Positions 39,182-49,824 are shown, numbered from the stretch's first letter. The stretch: DNA of 64,000 bases from an uncultured Porphyromonadaceae bacterium (GCA_946410185.1 CAMJZI010000002.1:3921-67920), one strand, 5' to 3'. The notes: generated from the sequence alone by a model not told the origin. Program-made: numbers and translations.

Positions 39182-40438
39182 ATGACCGAAAAAGTAAAAC
39201 ATAGCAAGTTATTCCTCTGGTTTGTCCAGGTCTTGAGGGTGTGTGGGCGTGAGTTGCTGCTCGTGTTCCGTGATACGGGCGTGGTCATTTTCTTCTTGCT
39301 GCTCAATGCGCTCTATCCTGTTCTGTATTCCATCATCTACAATCCCGAGGTCGTGCGTGATGAGCCCATTGTGGCCGTCGATGATAACCGCACTCAAGAG
39401 AGCCGGGACTTTGTACGTCGAATCAATGCGACCCAGGAGGTGGCTGTAGTGGGTTATGCCGCCAACATGCAAGAGGCTCAAGAAGCGATGTGCAACAAGT
39501 CGTGTTATGGCATTCTCCATATCCCTAGGGACTTCGGGCAAAACGTGGGCAGGGAAGAGCAGACCCATGTGTCGCTCTACTGCGACATGAGCGTGATGAT
39601 GCGATACAAGGCTTTTTTCACTGCGTTGTCCAATGTCACACTGGCGTTGGGTAGCGAGAGGATGGAAGCCGTTGTCAAGCCTGTGCTCAATATGAGCGGA
39701 TCCATTGTCGAGAGCCGTCAGGTGCCTGTGGGCAACTCTGCGATGGGAATCGGCAGCGCTGTGCTGTTGTTTATCTTGCCGCTGGTGCTGCAGCAGAGCA
39801 TGATTCTGGGTATTGCTATGCTACATGGCGGCAGCATCGAGCGCCGTCGCCGCAATGGCGGGCGTGACCCCATGGCTGTTGAGGCCAGCCCTGGTGCCAC
39901 CATCATCGGCAAGATGATGTGCCACCAGATTATCTATGTGCTTCCTGTTATCTATGTCTTGCACTATGTGCCGCTGATGTTCGGTTTCCCGCAGAACGGT
40001 GACATCCTGCACATCATCTGCCTGGCTGTACCCTTCATCATCGCCGTGTCGTTGATGGGGCAGACCTTGTCGGCCTTCGTCAACGAGCGAGAGAGCGTAT
40101 TCCTGCTCTTTGTTTTCTCCTCGGTGGTATTCGTCTTTCTCACTGGCGTTTCATGGCCGCGTTACCTGATGTCGAGGCTGTGGTGGCTTGTGGGCGACTG
40201 TGTGCCCAGCACATGGATGTCTAACGCCTACGTCCTCATGCAGAGCAACGGTGCTTCCCTCTATCAGGTGCAGCACCACTACTGGATGTTGTGGATACAG
40301 GTATTTGTCATGTTTGTCCTTGCCTATCTGATTGAGCGCTTCGTCAATCGGCGCCGCTACCGCTCGTGGATTGCCGCCAGCGAGGATAAGCCCCGCATCC
40401 TCACCCGCATCGATATGGCCAAGAATGGCGTGGGCTAG
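39182..40438 (+). CDS. ABC-2 type permease
   Basis: LYPVLYSIIY, VAVDDNRTQESR, LVLQQSM, FLTGVSWP. Confidence 0.88.
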   Translation: MTEKVKHSKLFLWFVQVLRVCGRELLLVFRDTGVVIFFLLLNALYPVLYSIIYNPEVVRDEPIVAVDDNRTQESRDFVRRINATQEVAVVGYAANMQEAQEAMCNKSCYGILHIPRDFGQNVGREEQTHVSLYCDMSVMMRYKAFFTALSNVTLALGSERMEAVVKPVLNMSGSIVESRQVPVGNSAMGIGSAVLLFILPLVLQQSMILGIAMLHGGSIERRRRNGGRDPMAVEASPGATIIGKMMCHQIIYVLPVIYVLHYVPLMFGFPQNGDILHIICLAVPFIIAVSLMGQTLSAFVNERESVFLLFVFSSVVFVFLTGVSWPRYLMSRLWWLVGDCVPSTWMSNAYVLMQSNGASLYQVQHHYWMLWIQVFVMFVLAYLIERFVNRRRYRSWIAASEDKPRILTRIDMAKNGVG

Positions 40439-40480
40439 CCCATCCCGTTATCTCAGTAAATTCCGTTATATCCGTCCTCC

Positions 40481-41107
40481 ATGTTTGTTAAATGTATGGC
40501 ATATCCAGGTGATGCCCACGTGCTGGCATGGCGGCTCGATGAGGAGGCACCGCGCCTGCTGGCTTTGTGCCGTGACGCGGGCATTCCCGTCACTGATTTG
40601 GTGGATTTGCCCGTCAAGCGTTTGCGTGAACGGGCTGCCGAGCGATTGCTGTTGTGCCGTGCTTTTGGGCTACGGGTGACACTTGAGCATGATGGGCAGG
40701 GAGTGCCGTTTGTCGCCGGCAGTGATGTAAACATCAGCATTTCCCACACGCGGCGGCTGGTTGTCTTGGCCTGGCACGAGCGGGAAGTCATCGGTATCGA
40801 TGCCGAGCAGACCGACCGTCGGCAGGTGCTGCGTGTGCGCGACAAATTCCTCAACGACAAGGAAAAATGTTTCATTTTGCCTGATGATCTTGCGGCCCAT
40901 GTAATCGCTTGGACCGCTAAAGAAGCCGTTATTAAGGCCGAGCGCAACAGCGCCATTGACTGGACCGATGGCATCTGCCTGTCGCCATTCTCTACCAGTG
41001 ACCACCTGACCATCCTTGAAGCCTGTTGCGCCGACCGTTGCTACCGCCTGACTTGCCGGCAAATTGAAGACCACTACATCACAGTCGCAACTCCTGTTGC
41101 CAAGTAA
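40481..41107 (+). CDS. 4'-phosphopantetheinyl transferase superfamily protein
   Basis: GVP, ISISHT, IGIDAE and WTAKEAVIK motifs. Confidence 0.88.
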   Translation: MFVKCMAYPGDAHVLAWRLDEEAPRLLALCRDAGIPVTDLVDLPVKRLRERAAERLLLCRAFGLRVTLEHDGQGVPFVAGSDVNISISHTRRLVVLAWHEREVIGIDAEQTDRRQVLRVRDKFLNDKEKCFILPDDLAAHVIAWTAKEAVIKAERNSAIDWTDGICLSPFSTSDHLTILEACCADRCYRLTCRQIEDHYITVATPVAK

Positions 41108-41219
41108 AGGATGTGACAGGGCAATAAAGCAGGAAAATCATCGTTATAAGGATAATAGCGAAAGCGTACTTGCTGTGGCACTTCCATGGCGGGCGCTCTT
41201 GCATGATAACTCAATTTTG

Positions 41220-44200
41220 ATGAAAAAAATGATGAAATATTTTGTCCGTGTGGCTTTGTGCTTCTTGCTGGCAATGTGTATGCCTCCCGCAGCAAGTGCG
41301 CTGAATAAGGATTTTTATGCCGAGAACAGTAAGTTGGCCAGTGGCAAGTGGGTCAAGGTGTCGGTCATGAAGAGCGGCATCTATCAGATCACGGCCGACG
41401 ACATCCGCAGCTGGGGACTTGGCAGCGACTTGTCGCAGATCCATGTGTTCGGCTATGGCGGCGCGCCGCTGAGCGAGACGATGCTTGGTGACAACTATGC
41501 CGACGACTTGCCCCAGATGCCGATAGTCCGCACAGCCGACCGAATCCTGTTCTACGCCCAGGGCCCTTTGACTTGGCGTTACCTCAACAAGGTCATCGAG
41601 CAGTGCCAGGTGCAGCATCCTTACGATATCTCGGGATCCTATTTCATCACCAATGACAGCCGCTTTAGCGACATTGAGGTGCTCAAGGCAAGCGGTCCCA
41701 TGGCCGAATCCTATGAGACCACCTATGTCGAGCGACTCTATCACGAGCAGGAAATCATCAATCTGGGTGAGACGGGACGTGTCTTCCTGGGCGAGAGTTT
41801 TGTCACCAACAAGGCCCAGAGTTATAAATTCGACCTTGATGGCATGGTCGCCGGCAGCAACGTCAAGGTGGTGAGTTCAGTGGGCGTGAAAATGGCCAGC
41901 GGATCGGCCACGATTACCCCGAGCTATAATGGCAAGCCCATTTCGGCGACCAGCGACGACATTTTTGAACCTACATCCAATTTTTATCAGCCCAAGCGCA
42001 CCACCAGGACGTTTACCCTGGACGGTACCAATGAATTGAACTATGGATTGAATTTCACACCTAACGGAAATGTCACGGAGGCTCGCCTGGACTATCTCAC
42101 GGTAAATTACACCCGTAATTTGGCGATGAGAAATGGTAGCCTGGCCTTTGGCGTCAGCAATGTGACCCTCGGCATTGGATACCGTGTCACGGGTAGCAGC
42201 GGTACCTCCACAGCCAGGGTTTGGGACGTGACCAAGCCATTTGCTCCGGTGCAACTCACCGCATCAACAAGCGACGGCATTATCTCTTTTGCTCCAGCCG
42301 AGTTTGGTCGCAGGGAGTTTATCGTCTTTGATGAGAACGGCACTTATTCACATCCCGAACTGGTCGGTGAGGTGAAAAACCAGAATATCCACGGCGAGGC
42401 TACCCCCGATATGATTATCCTCGCTCCGGGTGCTTACCTCGAGCAGGCCAATCGCGTGGCTCGCTTGCACGAGGAGTATGACAACTTCCGCGTGCTGGTG
42501 CTCGATCACGAGAAGGTGTTCAACGAATTCTCGAGCGGAACCCATGATGCCATGGCCTATCGCAGGCTCTGCAAGATGTTCTATGACCGTGGCGTCAGTG
42601 ATGATGGACACAAGTTGGGTTACCTGCTACTGATGGGTTGCGGTAGTTATGACAACCGCTTGATTGGTACCGAAGCCACCGCCCTGAGCTATCCCCGCCT
42701 GCTCACTTGGCAGACCGAGGTCAGCGACAATGACAACGGCTCTATCACCAGCGATGACTACTTTGGCGTATTGAGTGACGAGTCGTCGATCGATATCAAC
42801 GACAAGATGAATATCGCCGTCGGACGAATGATCGTCAAGAGTGTGAGCGAGGCCCGCACTGTGGTCAACAAGCTGGTGAAGTATGTCACGGCTCCCATCT
42901 ACGGATCATGGAAGAACCAAGCCCTGCACATTGCCGATGACGAGAACGGGGGCGTTCACATGGAGCAGGATACACTCATGATACGCAACGCCCGCGCAAA
43001 TGGTGGCCGAGATATCGTGTTTAACCGTGTCTATATCGATGCCTTCAATGCTGTGAGCTCTGGCGGTTCGCGCAACTACCCGGATGCGCGCACCAAGATG
43101 TTTACCTCGTTGCGCGAAGGCACGCTGTGGTGGAACTACATCGGTCATGCCAGCACACAGAACTGGACAGGAGAGGGTCTGTTGATGCGCTCTGACGTTG
43201 AAACACAGCTCTATTACAAGCGACTGCCTGTATTGTATGCAGCCACCTGTGAGTTCTGCAGGTTTGACAACTCGGTGCTCTCCAGTGGTGAGCACATCTT
43301 CCTGAACCCTAACGGTGGCGCTGTCGCTGTGATATGTCCGCCGCGTCTGGCTTATATCGGCAGCAACGGTGTGCTGAGCAGTGCCATGGGCCGGTACATC
43401 TATTCCAAAGACGAGGCTGGCAAACCGCGCCGCATTGGCGACATCTTGCGCTTGGCCAAGAATGACATTCCGTCAACCGACAATAATAACCGCCGCTACT
43501 TTGTCTTTGGTGACCCGGCGATGAGGCTTGCATGGGCTCCATATTCGCTCCAGGTCGAAACCATCAACGGCCAGCCGGTCGACAGCGAGAACATGCCCGT
43601 GTTCAAGGCTCGTGAAAAGGTCGAATTTGCAGGCAAGATTGTGGACTCGAAGGGCGAATTGGCATCTAACTTCAATGGTGCTGTCGTCTCGACCCTGTTC
43701 GGCCCCGAGCAGTCTATTACCACCCATGGCTACGGTGGCAGCGACGGCAAGGCGATTACTTATGAGGACCGCCCCAATCGACTGGCGATTAATGTGGATA
43801 CCGTTGATGGCGGAAAATTTGTCGTGAACCTGATTATTCCCAGCGAGGTGAACAATGAATATGATAATTATCGCCCGGCATTGATCAACTTGTATGCCTA
43901 TGACAGTAAGGACACTCTCGAGGCCAAGGGCAGCAACAGCGATTTCTATATCTACGGATATGAAGACGAGGCGGTGGCCGACACCATCGGACCCGATATC
44001 GTCACCCTGGGCCTGAATAATGAGACCTTTGCCAACGGCGGAACTGTGAACGAATCACCGCTTGTGCTGGCCACCATCAGTGACGAGAGTGGAGTGAACT
44101 TCTCGTCGGCTGGCATTGGCCACAGCATGACGCTCACCATCGACGGCACGACCAGCTACAATGACCTGGTGAGCTATTACACCCCCTTGTTTACCGAAAA

Positions 44201-44648
44201 GGGTACGCTGGGAAACATCAGCTACCAGTTGAGCGACCTTGCGCCAGGCGAGCACACGATGCGTCTGCGCGTGTGGGACGTTTACAATAACATGAGCGAG
44301 AAGACCCTCACCTTCAACGTGGTCAAGGGGCTCGCTCCTGAGATTGCCGATGTCTATTGCGCAAACAATCCCGCGTCGGTCGAGACCTCCTTCTATGTGA
44401 AGCATAACCGCCCCGACGCAGTAGTCACTGTCACCATCGAGGTCTATGACCTGATGGGCCGCCGGGTGTGGAGCACGACTCAGTCGGGACGTAGCGACAT
44501 GTACACGTCAACCCCCATTACCTGGGATCTTATCGATGTGTCGGGACGCAGGGTGCCGCGCGGCATCTATGTCTATCGTGCCACCATATCGACCGACGGC
44601 GTCAAGGAGGCCACCAAGAGCAAGAAACTGGCCGTTGCCGGCGAGTAA
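41220..44648 (+). CDS. porU: Type IX secretion system sortase PorU (C25 family), copy 1
   Basis: SKLASGKWVKV..SGIYQI, VFNEFSSG, SDDYFG, VGR, NYIGH (His), AATCEF (Cys), GDPAMRL; canonical CTD YDLMGR...GIYVYR...KKLAV. Confidence 0.9.
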   Translation: MKKMMKYFVRVALCFLLAMCMPPAASALNKDFYAENSKLASGKWVKVSVMKSGIYQITADDIRSWGLGSDLSQIHVFGYGGAPLSETMLGDNYADDLPQMPIVRTADRILFYAQGPLTWRYLNKVIEQCQVQHPYDISGSYFITNDSRFSDIEVLKASGPMAESYETTYVERLYHEQEIINLGETGRVFLGESFVTNKAQSYKFDLDGMVAGSNVKVVSSVGVKMASGSATITPSYNGKPISATSDDIFEPTSNFYQPKRTTRTFTLDGTNELNYGLNFTPNGNVTEARLDYLTVNYTRNLAMRNGSLAFGVSNVTLGIGYRVTGSSGTSTARVWDVTKPFAPVQLTASTSDGIISFAPAEFGRREFIVFDENGTYSHPELVGEVKNQNIHGEATPDMIILAPGAYLEQANRVARLHEEYDNFRVLVLDHEKVFNEFSSGTHDAMAYRRLCKMFYDRGVSDDGHKLGYLLLMGCGSYDNRLIGTEATALSYPRLLTWQTEVSDNDNGSITSDDYFGVLSDESSIDINDKMNIAVGRMIVKSVSEARTVVNKLVKYVTAPIYGSWKNQALHIADDENGGVHMEQDTLMIRNARANGGRDIVFNRVYIDAFNAVSSGGSRNYPDARTKMFTSLREGTLWWNYIGHASTQNWTGEGLLMRSDVETQLYYKRLPVLYAATCEFCRFDNSVLSSGEHIFLNPNGGAVAVICPPRLAYIGSNGVLSSAMGRYIYSKDEAGKPRRIGDILRLAKNDIPSTDNNNRRYFVFGDPAMRLAWAPYSLQVETINGQPVDSENMPVFKAREKVEFAGKIVDSKGELASNFNGAVVSTLFGPEQSITTHGYGGSDGKAITYEDRPNRLAINVDTVDGGKFVVNLIIPSEVNNEYDNYRPALINLYAYDSKDTLEAKGSNSDFYIYGYEDEAVADTIGPDIVTLGLNNETFANGGTVNESPLVLATISDESGVNFSSAGIGHSMTLTIDGTTSYNDLVSYYTPLFTEKGTLGNISYQLSDLAPGEHTMRLRVWDVYNNMSEKTLTFNVVKGLAPEIADVYCANNPASVETSFYVKHNRPDAVVTVTIEVYDLMGRRVWSTTQSGRSDMYTSTPITWDLIDVSGRRVPRGIYVYRATISTDGVKEATKSKKLAVAGE

Positions 44649-44688
44649 GCCCTGGCAAACGATTACCTTTCCCCGGGAAAAAAAGATA

Positions 44689-44716
44689 ATGGCTGCAATA
44701 GATATTGCGGCCATTT
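44689..44716 (+). terminator. Probable terminator after porU copy 1
   Basis: atggctgcaata-ga-tattgcggccat stem with a short T-tail. Confidence 0.5.
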
Positions 44717-44931
44717 CTGGTATCGGCTTTTTGCTCACAGCCTTGTCGCTACTCTGAGGGGGGCGCGACCATACCGAAAATCGGGGCCGATCGGCACGGG
44801 TAAATGATGTCTTCTGGCCAATTCAGTTGGTAAGCCATAACTAATGTTAAAAAACCAATAAAATAGGGCGTTAATTGCTTGATGTTTGAAAAATTGAGGT
44901 AATTTTGTCAGTTAATTGCATCATTGGATAG

Positions 44932-45585
44932 ATGAGTATGACCAAGAATAATGAGAACCGGATGATATTGCCCGAGCCAACCATCAGGCGGCTCCCGTGG
45001 TATTTGTCCTATGTGCGCATGCTAGATCATCTACATGTCGAGTATGTGTCATCGACACAGATTTCAAAAGAACTCAATGTGCAGTCTTCACAGATCGCCA
45101 AGGACTTGTCTTTTCTCAACATTCGTGGTAAAACGCGCATCGGTTACGAGGTGAGGAGCCTGGTTACCGAACTCGAGGATTTCCTGGGCTTCAACCAGCA
45201 TCACGACGCGGTGGTCATCGGCACCGGTAGCCTGGGCACGGCGTTGATGCAGGACCATGGTCTGGAGCATTATGGACTCAACATCGTGGCAGGTTTTGAC
45301 GTGCGTGACGATGTTATCGGTCAGCATCTGGGCGGAATACCCGTCTATGCCATCAGCGATTTGGCCGACTGGCAGCGTGAGCACAATGTACCCATTGCTA
45401 TCCTGACCGTGCCGGTCGAGCGTGCTCAAGCCACTGCCGACCTGGCTATAGCCAGCGGAATGACGGCATTGTGGAACTTCACACCTTACCGTATCAAGGC
45501 CCCCGATAATGTGGTGATTGCCAACACGTCGATTTATGCCCATTTGGCCATTATCTACAACCGGATGCAAGGACAGTCTGATTAA
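44932..45585 (+). CDS. rex: Redox-sensing transcriptional repressor Rex
   Basis: PEPTIRRLPWY, QIAKDLS..G..RIGY, IGTGSLG Rossmann motif, WNFTP. Promoter TAATTTTG at 44900-44907. Confidence 0.95.
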   Translation: MSMTKNNENRMILPEPTIRRLPWYLSYVRMLDHLHVEYVSSTQISKELNVQSSQIAKDLSFLNIRGKTRIGYEVRSLVTELEDFLGFNQHHDAVVIGTGSLGTALMQDHGLEHYGLNIVAGFDVRDDVIGQHLGGIPVYAISDLADWQREHNVPIAILTVPVERAQATADLAIASGMTALWNFTPYRIKAPDNVVIANTSIYAHLAIIYNRMQGQSD

Positions 45586-45624
45586 ATCTGCAATCGAACT
45601 CAACAGTAAACACGTCAAGAAATA

Positions 45625-46203
45625 ATGAAGGTAATCGGCTTCACGGGTAATTACGGAATGGAGGACAGCGTCCCCCAGTCCTATCTTATGGCCGATTCTT
45701 CGATACTATACACGGGGCGGCCTTTCTTCCTGCCTGATTTCGCACGGCAATTTGTGGCAACCCCCACGATAGTCGTGAGGACAGGAAGACTGGGCAAGTG
45801 CATCGCTCCCAAGTTTGCCCATCGTTATTGGGACGCTTTCACTGCTGGTTTTGCTGTGAGGGCCATACAAGGCGATGACGATAGCTTGGCGGCATTGGAC
45901 CGCGCCTTTGACGGGGCTGCCATCGTTGGCGAATGGGTCGAGGCTTCGCATGTCGAGGACATGATGCATGAGCCGGTCGAAGTGACCATCGACGGCACAG
46001 TGGTGTCGAACCACTGCCTGGCCGACATGAATCCGCTGCCGCTGGCCGACATGCTGGCCCGGGTGAGCATCAGGTGCAGTATCAAGATGGGCGACATGCT
46101 GTTTACCGGCAACGCCGGCGAGGAGAAAACGCTCACGGCCGGCACCCGCTTGGCTGCAAGCATCGGCGGCCGACAGGTACTCGACGTGAAAGTGAGATTA
46201 TAA
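45625..46203 (+). CDS. Fumarylacetoacetate hydrolase family protein, degenerate active site
   Basis: GRPFFLPDF, RLGKCIAPKFAHRYWD, AFDGAA..GEW, IKMGDMLFTG. Confidence 0.8.
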   Translation: MKVIGFTGNYGMEDSVPQSYLMADSSILYTGRPFFLPDFARQFVATPTIVVRTGRLGKCIAPKFAHRYWDAFTAGFAVRAIQGDDDSLAALDRAFDGAAIVGEWVEASHVEDMMHEPVEVTIDGTVVSNHCLADMNPLPLADMLARVSIRCSIKMGDMLFTGNAGEEKTLTAGTRLAASIGGRQVLDVKVRL

Positions 46204-46247
46204 TAGAAATAGAATCATCTGGACAAATAAAACTAAAATCATATAAT

Positions 46248-49200
46248 ATGCGCAAACTGACAAAACTTCAACTTGCATGCACGGCCGTTTTGGCCATCTT
46301 CTGCGCCAGCTATGCCAGCGCATTCAGCACATCGATGTATACAACCAAATCCCGTCTTGCGACTGGCAAGTGGGTGAAGATTACCATCAGTGAGAATGGT
46401 ATTTACGAGTTGACCTATGACGAGCTCAGTGCGATGGGCTTCAGCAATCCCGCCAGGGTTCATGTCTACGGCTACGGTGGTAACCGCATCAGTGAGTTGT
46501 TGAATGGAACTGTGCCTGATGACTTGAAGCAGGTGCCCATCCTGCGACAGAACAACAAAATCTGTTTCTATGGCAACGGGCCACTTTCCTACACCCTTGA
46601 GTCGCCCACAACCATTCCTCATTTCCTGCGCGATTTCAACCCTTATTCGGTAGTGGGATGCTATTTCTTGAGTGAAAACGATGATACCGACCTCACGCCG
46701 ACTAAAAAATCGACGGTGAGTGTCAGCAATTATGTGAATACACCGACTAGCCTGGGTTTCTTCCACCACGAGAAAGAGCAGGTGAGCATTACCAACTCGG
46801 GTAAGCAGATGATTGGTGAAGACTTTACCGATGGCACGTTGAGGATTGACTATTATCTGCCTGGCTTGTGCGACAGCACGATTGTGCTCAACACCTGCAT
46901 CGCTGCCAATGCTTCAGATGTTACCTATGCCAATGCCATCATGCACAGTGGCGGCATAGCCGACACGACCGTCTACACGGTTTCTAATTCACGCATCTAT
47001 AAGCCTGCTAACGACTATATCAAGTATAACTATGCTGCCCCCTATGCCCAGATGAAGTTGAGTAGTCCTGCCGAGCGTGGACAGTTCCAGCCCTATCTGA
47101 AACTGATTAACGAGAACACGACCTTCTCTGTTCAGCGACTCGACTATTTCATCATCACCTATCGTCACACCAACGTCATTCCTCAGGATTATGACAACCA
47201 GTTATTCATGGCTTATGGTAAGACTACCGGTAGCGAGCGTTTCCAGTTGCCCAATGCTTCGTCGAGCACGGTGGTATGGTATATCAACGACACCAAGAAA
47301 CCGCAATTAGTCACCACCAGTACCTATAACGACGCGACGGGATCGGGCCTCTGTTACTTCACCACGGCTGCAAACAGCTCGATGTACGTCGCATTCGATC
47401 CTACCAAGGAGTTGAAGAAAATTGATTCTTATGAGGATGTCGAGAATCAGGATCTGCACGGCATGTCGGTGCCCAATATGCTCATCATCACCAACAAAAA
47501 CTTCATGGAACAGGCACAGCGCATTGCCGACTTGCATGCCGCTATTGATGGCATCACGGTTGCTGTTGTAGATCATGAAAAGGTGTTCAATGAGTTTTCC
47601 AGTGGTACCCGTGACGGCATGGCCTACCGCTTGCTGTGCAAAATGCTCTATGACCGCAATAGTTCCAAGTTCAAGAACTTGCTCCTCTTCGGTACGGGAT
47701 CGTTTGACAACCGTGAACTTCTTGGCAAGCATCCCGACGTGCTTCTCACCTACCAGAGTGATAACAGCAACTACGAGGATTATACCTATACCACCGATGA
47801 CTTCTTTGCTTTCCTTGGCGACAACTCGGGTGCCAGCGTGGCCAGTGATAGAATCAGCATCGGTGTGGGCCGTATCACCTGCGACAACATCGAGGAGGCA
47901 AAATCTGATGTGGATAAGCTTGTTGAGTATTATGCCAATCCTGATTATGGCGTATGGCGCAACAATACATTTGTGATGAGCGACGCGCCTGATGGTGGCC
48001 TGTTCATGTTCCAGGGACAAGGCTATGTTAACCAGATTGACAATAAATTGAATACGGGTATGCATGTGAATACTGTTCACAATTCGCAGTACCCTCGCTC
48101 TCCGCTCGAGCCCACCGTTGCCGAGGCCAAGAAGACGGCTTCCGAGGCTAAGGATCGCTTGCGTTTCCTGTTTAAGGATGGTGCCTATTTCGCTACCTAT
48201 GTGGGACATGCCGGTGCAACCACGTTTACCAAGACCAGCAAGATGTGGACCAATGCCGATGTGGCGCGCACTCCTTATCCCCACTGGCCCATCATGTCAA
48301 CCGCATGCTGCGATGTTGCACACTATGATGAGGACTCTCGCGGTATTGCCGAACTCATGTTCCACAAGCGCGATGGTGGTGCCATCGCTTTGCTGACGGC
48401 ATCCCGTATGGTATATGCTTCTAATAATGACAAGCTCAACACCTTCTTCATCAATGGCTTGTTCAGCTATGATGCTACGGGTGTGATGCCCACGCTGGGC
48501 GAGGCCTACATGAAGTGCAAGCATGGCTTCAATGTTGCCGATATCAACAAGTTGTCGTTCTTCCTTCTGGGCGATCCTGCAATCAGGGTCAACTATCCCA
48601 TATCCCTGTTCAACATCACCAGTGTGAATGGCACCAATTTGATCGACTCCACGTCCATGGCCCAGATCAGCCCGCTGTCACAATTCGAGATCAAGGCTCA
48701 GGTCCTCAAGCAGGACGGCACCGTGGATACCGGCTTCAATGGTGATGCTACAGTGACCCTCTACGATAGCAAGGCTCGCTTCACTACGTTGACCTTCACT
48801 GTCAATGGCATATCCGAGTCGCGCGACATCTATTTTGACCGTCCCAAGTTGGCCGAGATTTCGGGTCGCGTGGTTAACGGCCAGTTCACTGGCACGATGG
48901 TGGCTCCCAGAGCCGTCCTGGCCAAGGACGAGACCGTGCTGCTGCGCACCTATGCCCACAAGGACAATAGCAACTCGATGGTAAACGGCATGACCGAGCA
49001 GATCACTATGCTCCCCTTCGATGAGAGCGCTGCCATCTCCGACACTCAGGCTCCTGTCATCACCTCGATGTATATCAATGATGAGACTACATTTGGCGAC
49101 GGTGCTGTGATTTCGCCCGATGCAATGCTCTATATCAATGTGACCGACGACATCGGCATCAATTTGCAGGCCAACGCAGTGGACAATAGCATGAAACTGG

Positions 49201-49703
49201 TTCTTGACGGTGGCAAGCAGTCCTACAACGCCATCACTTGCTTTGCAACTACTCAGGACGGCAACAAGGTGGTCAATATAGAGTTCCCCCTGACCAACCT
49301 GCTTGAGGGAATGCACACACTCACCTACACGGTCTATGACATGTGCGGCAACAGCGCCACGCGCACCATATCGTTTTTGGTGGGCCAGACCACTTCGATG
49401 AATATGGTTGCCGACAAGATGCCGGCATTCTTGGATGACGTTGTGAACTTTGATGTTGATGCCGACATCACCCGCATGCCCGAGGTTGTCGTGCGTGTCA
49501 CCGATGCAACTGGTAAGTTGATGTGGATGACCAAGACCAATAATTTCCCTGTTACCTGGGACATGAAGGACATGAATGGCAACAAGGTGCCTGCCGGATT
49601 ATACCGTTACTTTGGCACGTTCAATGATGGCGTCAACTATGGTGGAACCCCCATCAACAACATGATCGTCCTTGATGCACTCAAGGTGGCCAAGGAGCAA
49701 TAA
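46248..49703 (+). CDS. Second, divergent PorU-like C25 peptidase
   Basis: SRLATGKWVKI..NGIYEL, VFNEFSSG, TDDFF, VGR, TYVGH (His), TACCDV (Cys), LGDPAIR; atypical CTD (VTDATGK...GLYRYF). Confidence 0.85.
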   Translation: MRKLTKLQLACTAVLAIFCASYASAFSTSMYTTKSRLATGKWVKITISENGIYELTYDELSAMGFSNPARVHVYGYGGNRISELLNGTVPDDLKQVPILRQNNKICFYGNGPLSYTLESPTTIPHFLRDFNPYSVVGCYFLSENDDTDLTPTKKSTVSVSNYVNTPTSLGFFHHEKEQVSITNSGKQMIGEDFTDGTLRIDYYLPGLCDSTIVLNTCIAANASDVTYANAIMHSGGIADTTVYTVSNSRIYKPANDYIKYNYAAPYAQMKLSSPAERGQFQPYLKLINENTTFSVQRLDYFIITYRHTNVIPQDYDNQLFMAYGKTTGSERFQLPNASSSTVVWYINDTKKPQLVTTSTYNDATGSGLCYFTTAANSSMYVAFDPTKELKKIDSYEDVENQDLHGMSVPNMLIITNKNFMEQAQRIADLHAAIDGITVAVVDHEKVFNEFSSGTRDGMAYRLLCKMLYDRNSSKFKNLLLFGTGSFDNRELLGKHPDVLLTYQSDNSNYEDYTYTTDDFFAFLGDNSGASVASDRISIGVGRITCDNIEEAKSDVDKLVEYYANPDYGVWRNNTFVMSDAPDGGLFMFQGQGYVNQIDNKLNTGMHVNTVHNSQYPRSPLEPTVAEAKKTASEAKDRLRFLFKDGAYFATYVGHAGATTFTKTSKMWTNADVARTPYPHWPIMSTACCDVAHYDEDSRGIAELMFHKRDGGAIALLTASRMVYASNNDKLNTFFINGLFSYDATGVMPTLGEAYMKCKHGFNVADINKLSFFLLGDPAIRVNYPISLFNITSVNGTNLIDSTSMAQISPLSQFEIKAQVLKQDGTVDTGFNGDATVTLYDSKARFTTLTFTVNGISESRDIYFDRPKLAEISGRVVNGQFTGTMVAPRAVLAKDETVLLRTYAHKDNSNSMVNGMTEQITMLPFDESAAISDTQAPVITSMYINDETTFGDGAVISPDAMLYINVTDDIGINLQANAVDNSMKLVLDGGKQSYNAITCFATTQDGNKVVNIEFPLTNLLEGMHTLTYTVYDMCGNSATRTISFLVGQTTSMNMVADKMPAFLDDVVNFDVDADITRMPEVVVRVTDATGKLMWMTKTNNFPVTWDMKDMNGNKVPAGLYRYFGTFNDGVNYGGTPINNMIVLDALKVAKEQ

Positions 49704-49751
49704 ACGACACCAGAAACGGCGAATGATGTAGCCGTCTGCCGATACTATAGC

Positions 49752-49790
49752 CTGCGCGGCAGAATCCCGTTTCGGGACTCTGCCGCGCAG
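49752..49790. terminator. GC-rich hairpin between convergent porU-2 and ferredoxin
   Basis: ctgcgcggcaga-a-tcccg-ttt-cggga-c-tctgccgcgcag. Confidence 0.6.
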
Positions 49791-49824
49791 TGTGCATTGG
49801 TGCGCCGAGGAGTGGGGCAGGGGC

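Noticed and set aside
44820-44931. Rex operator upstream of rex
   Set aside because: I could not find a convincing TTGTGAA-N4-TTCACAA-like palindrome.
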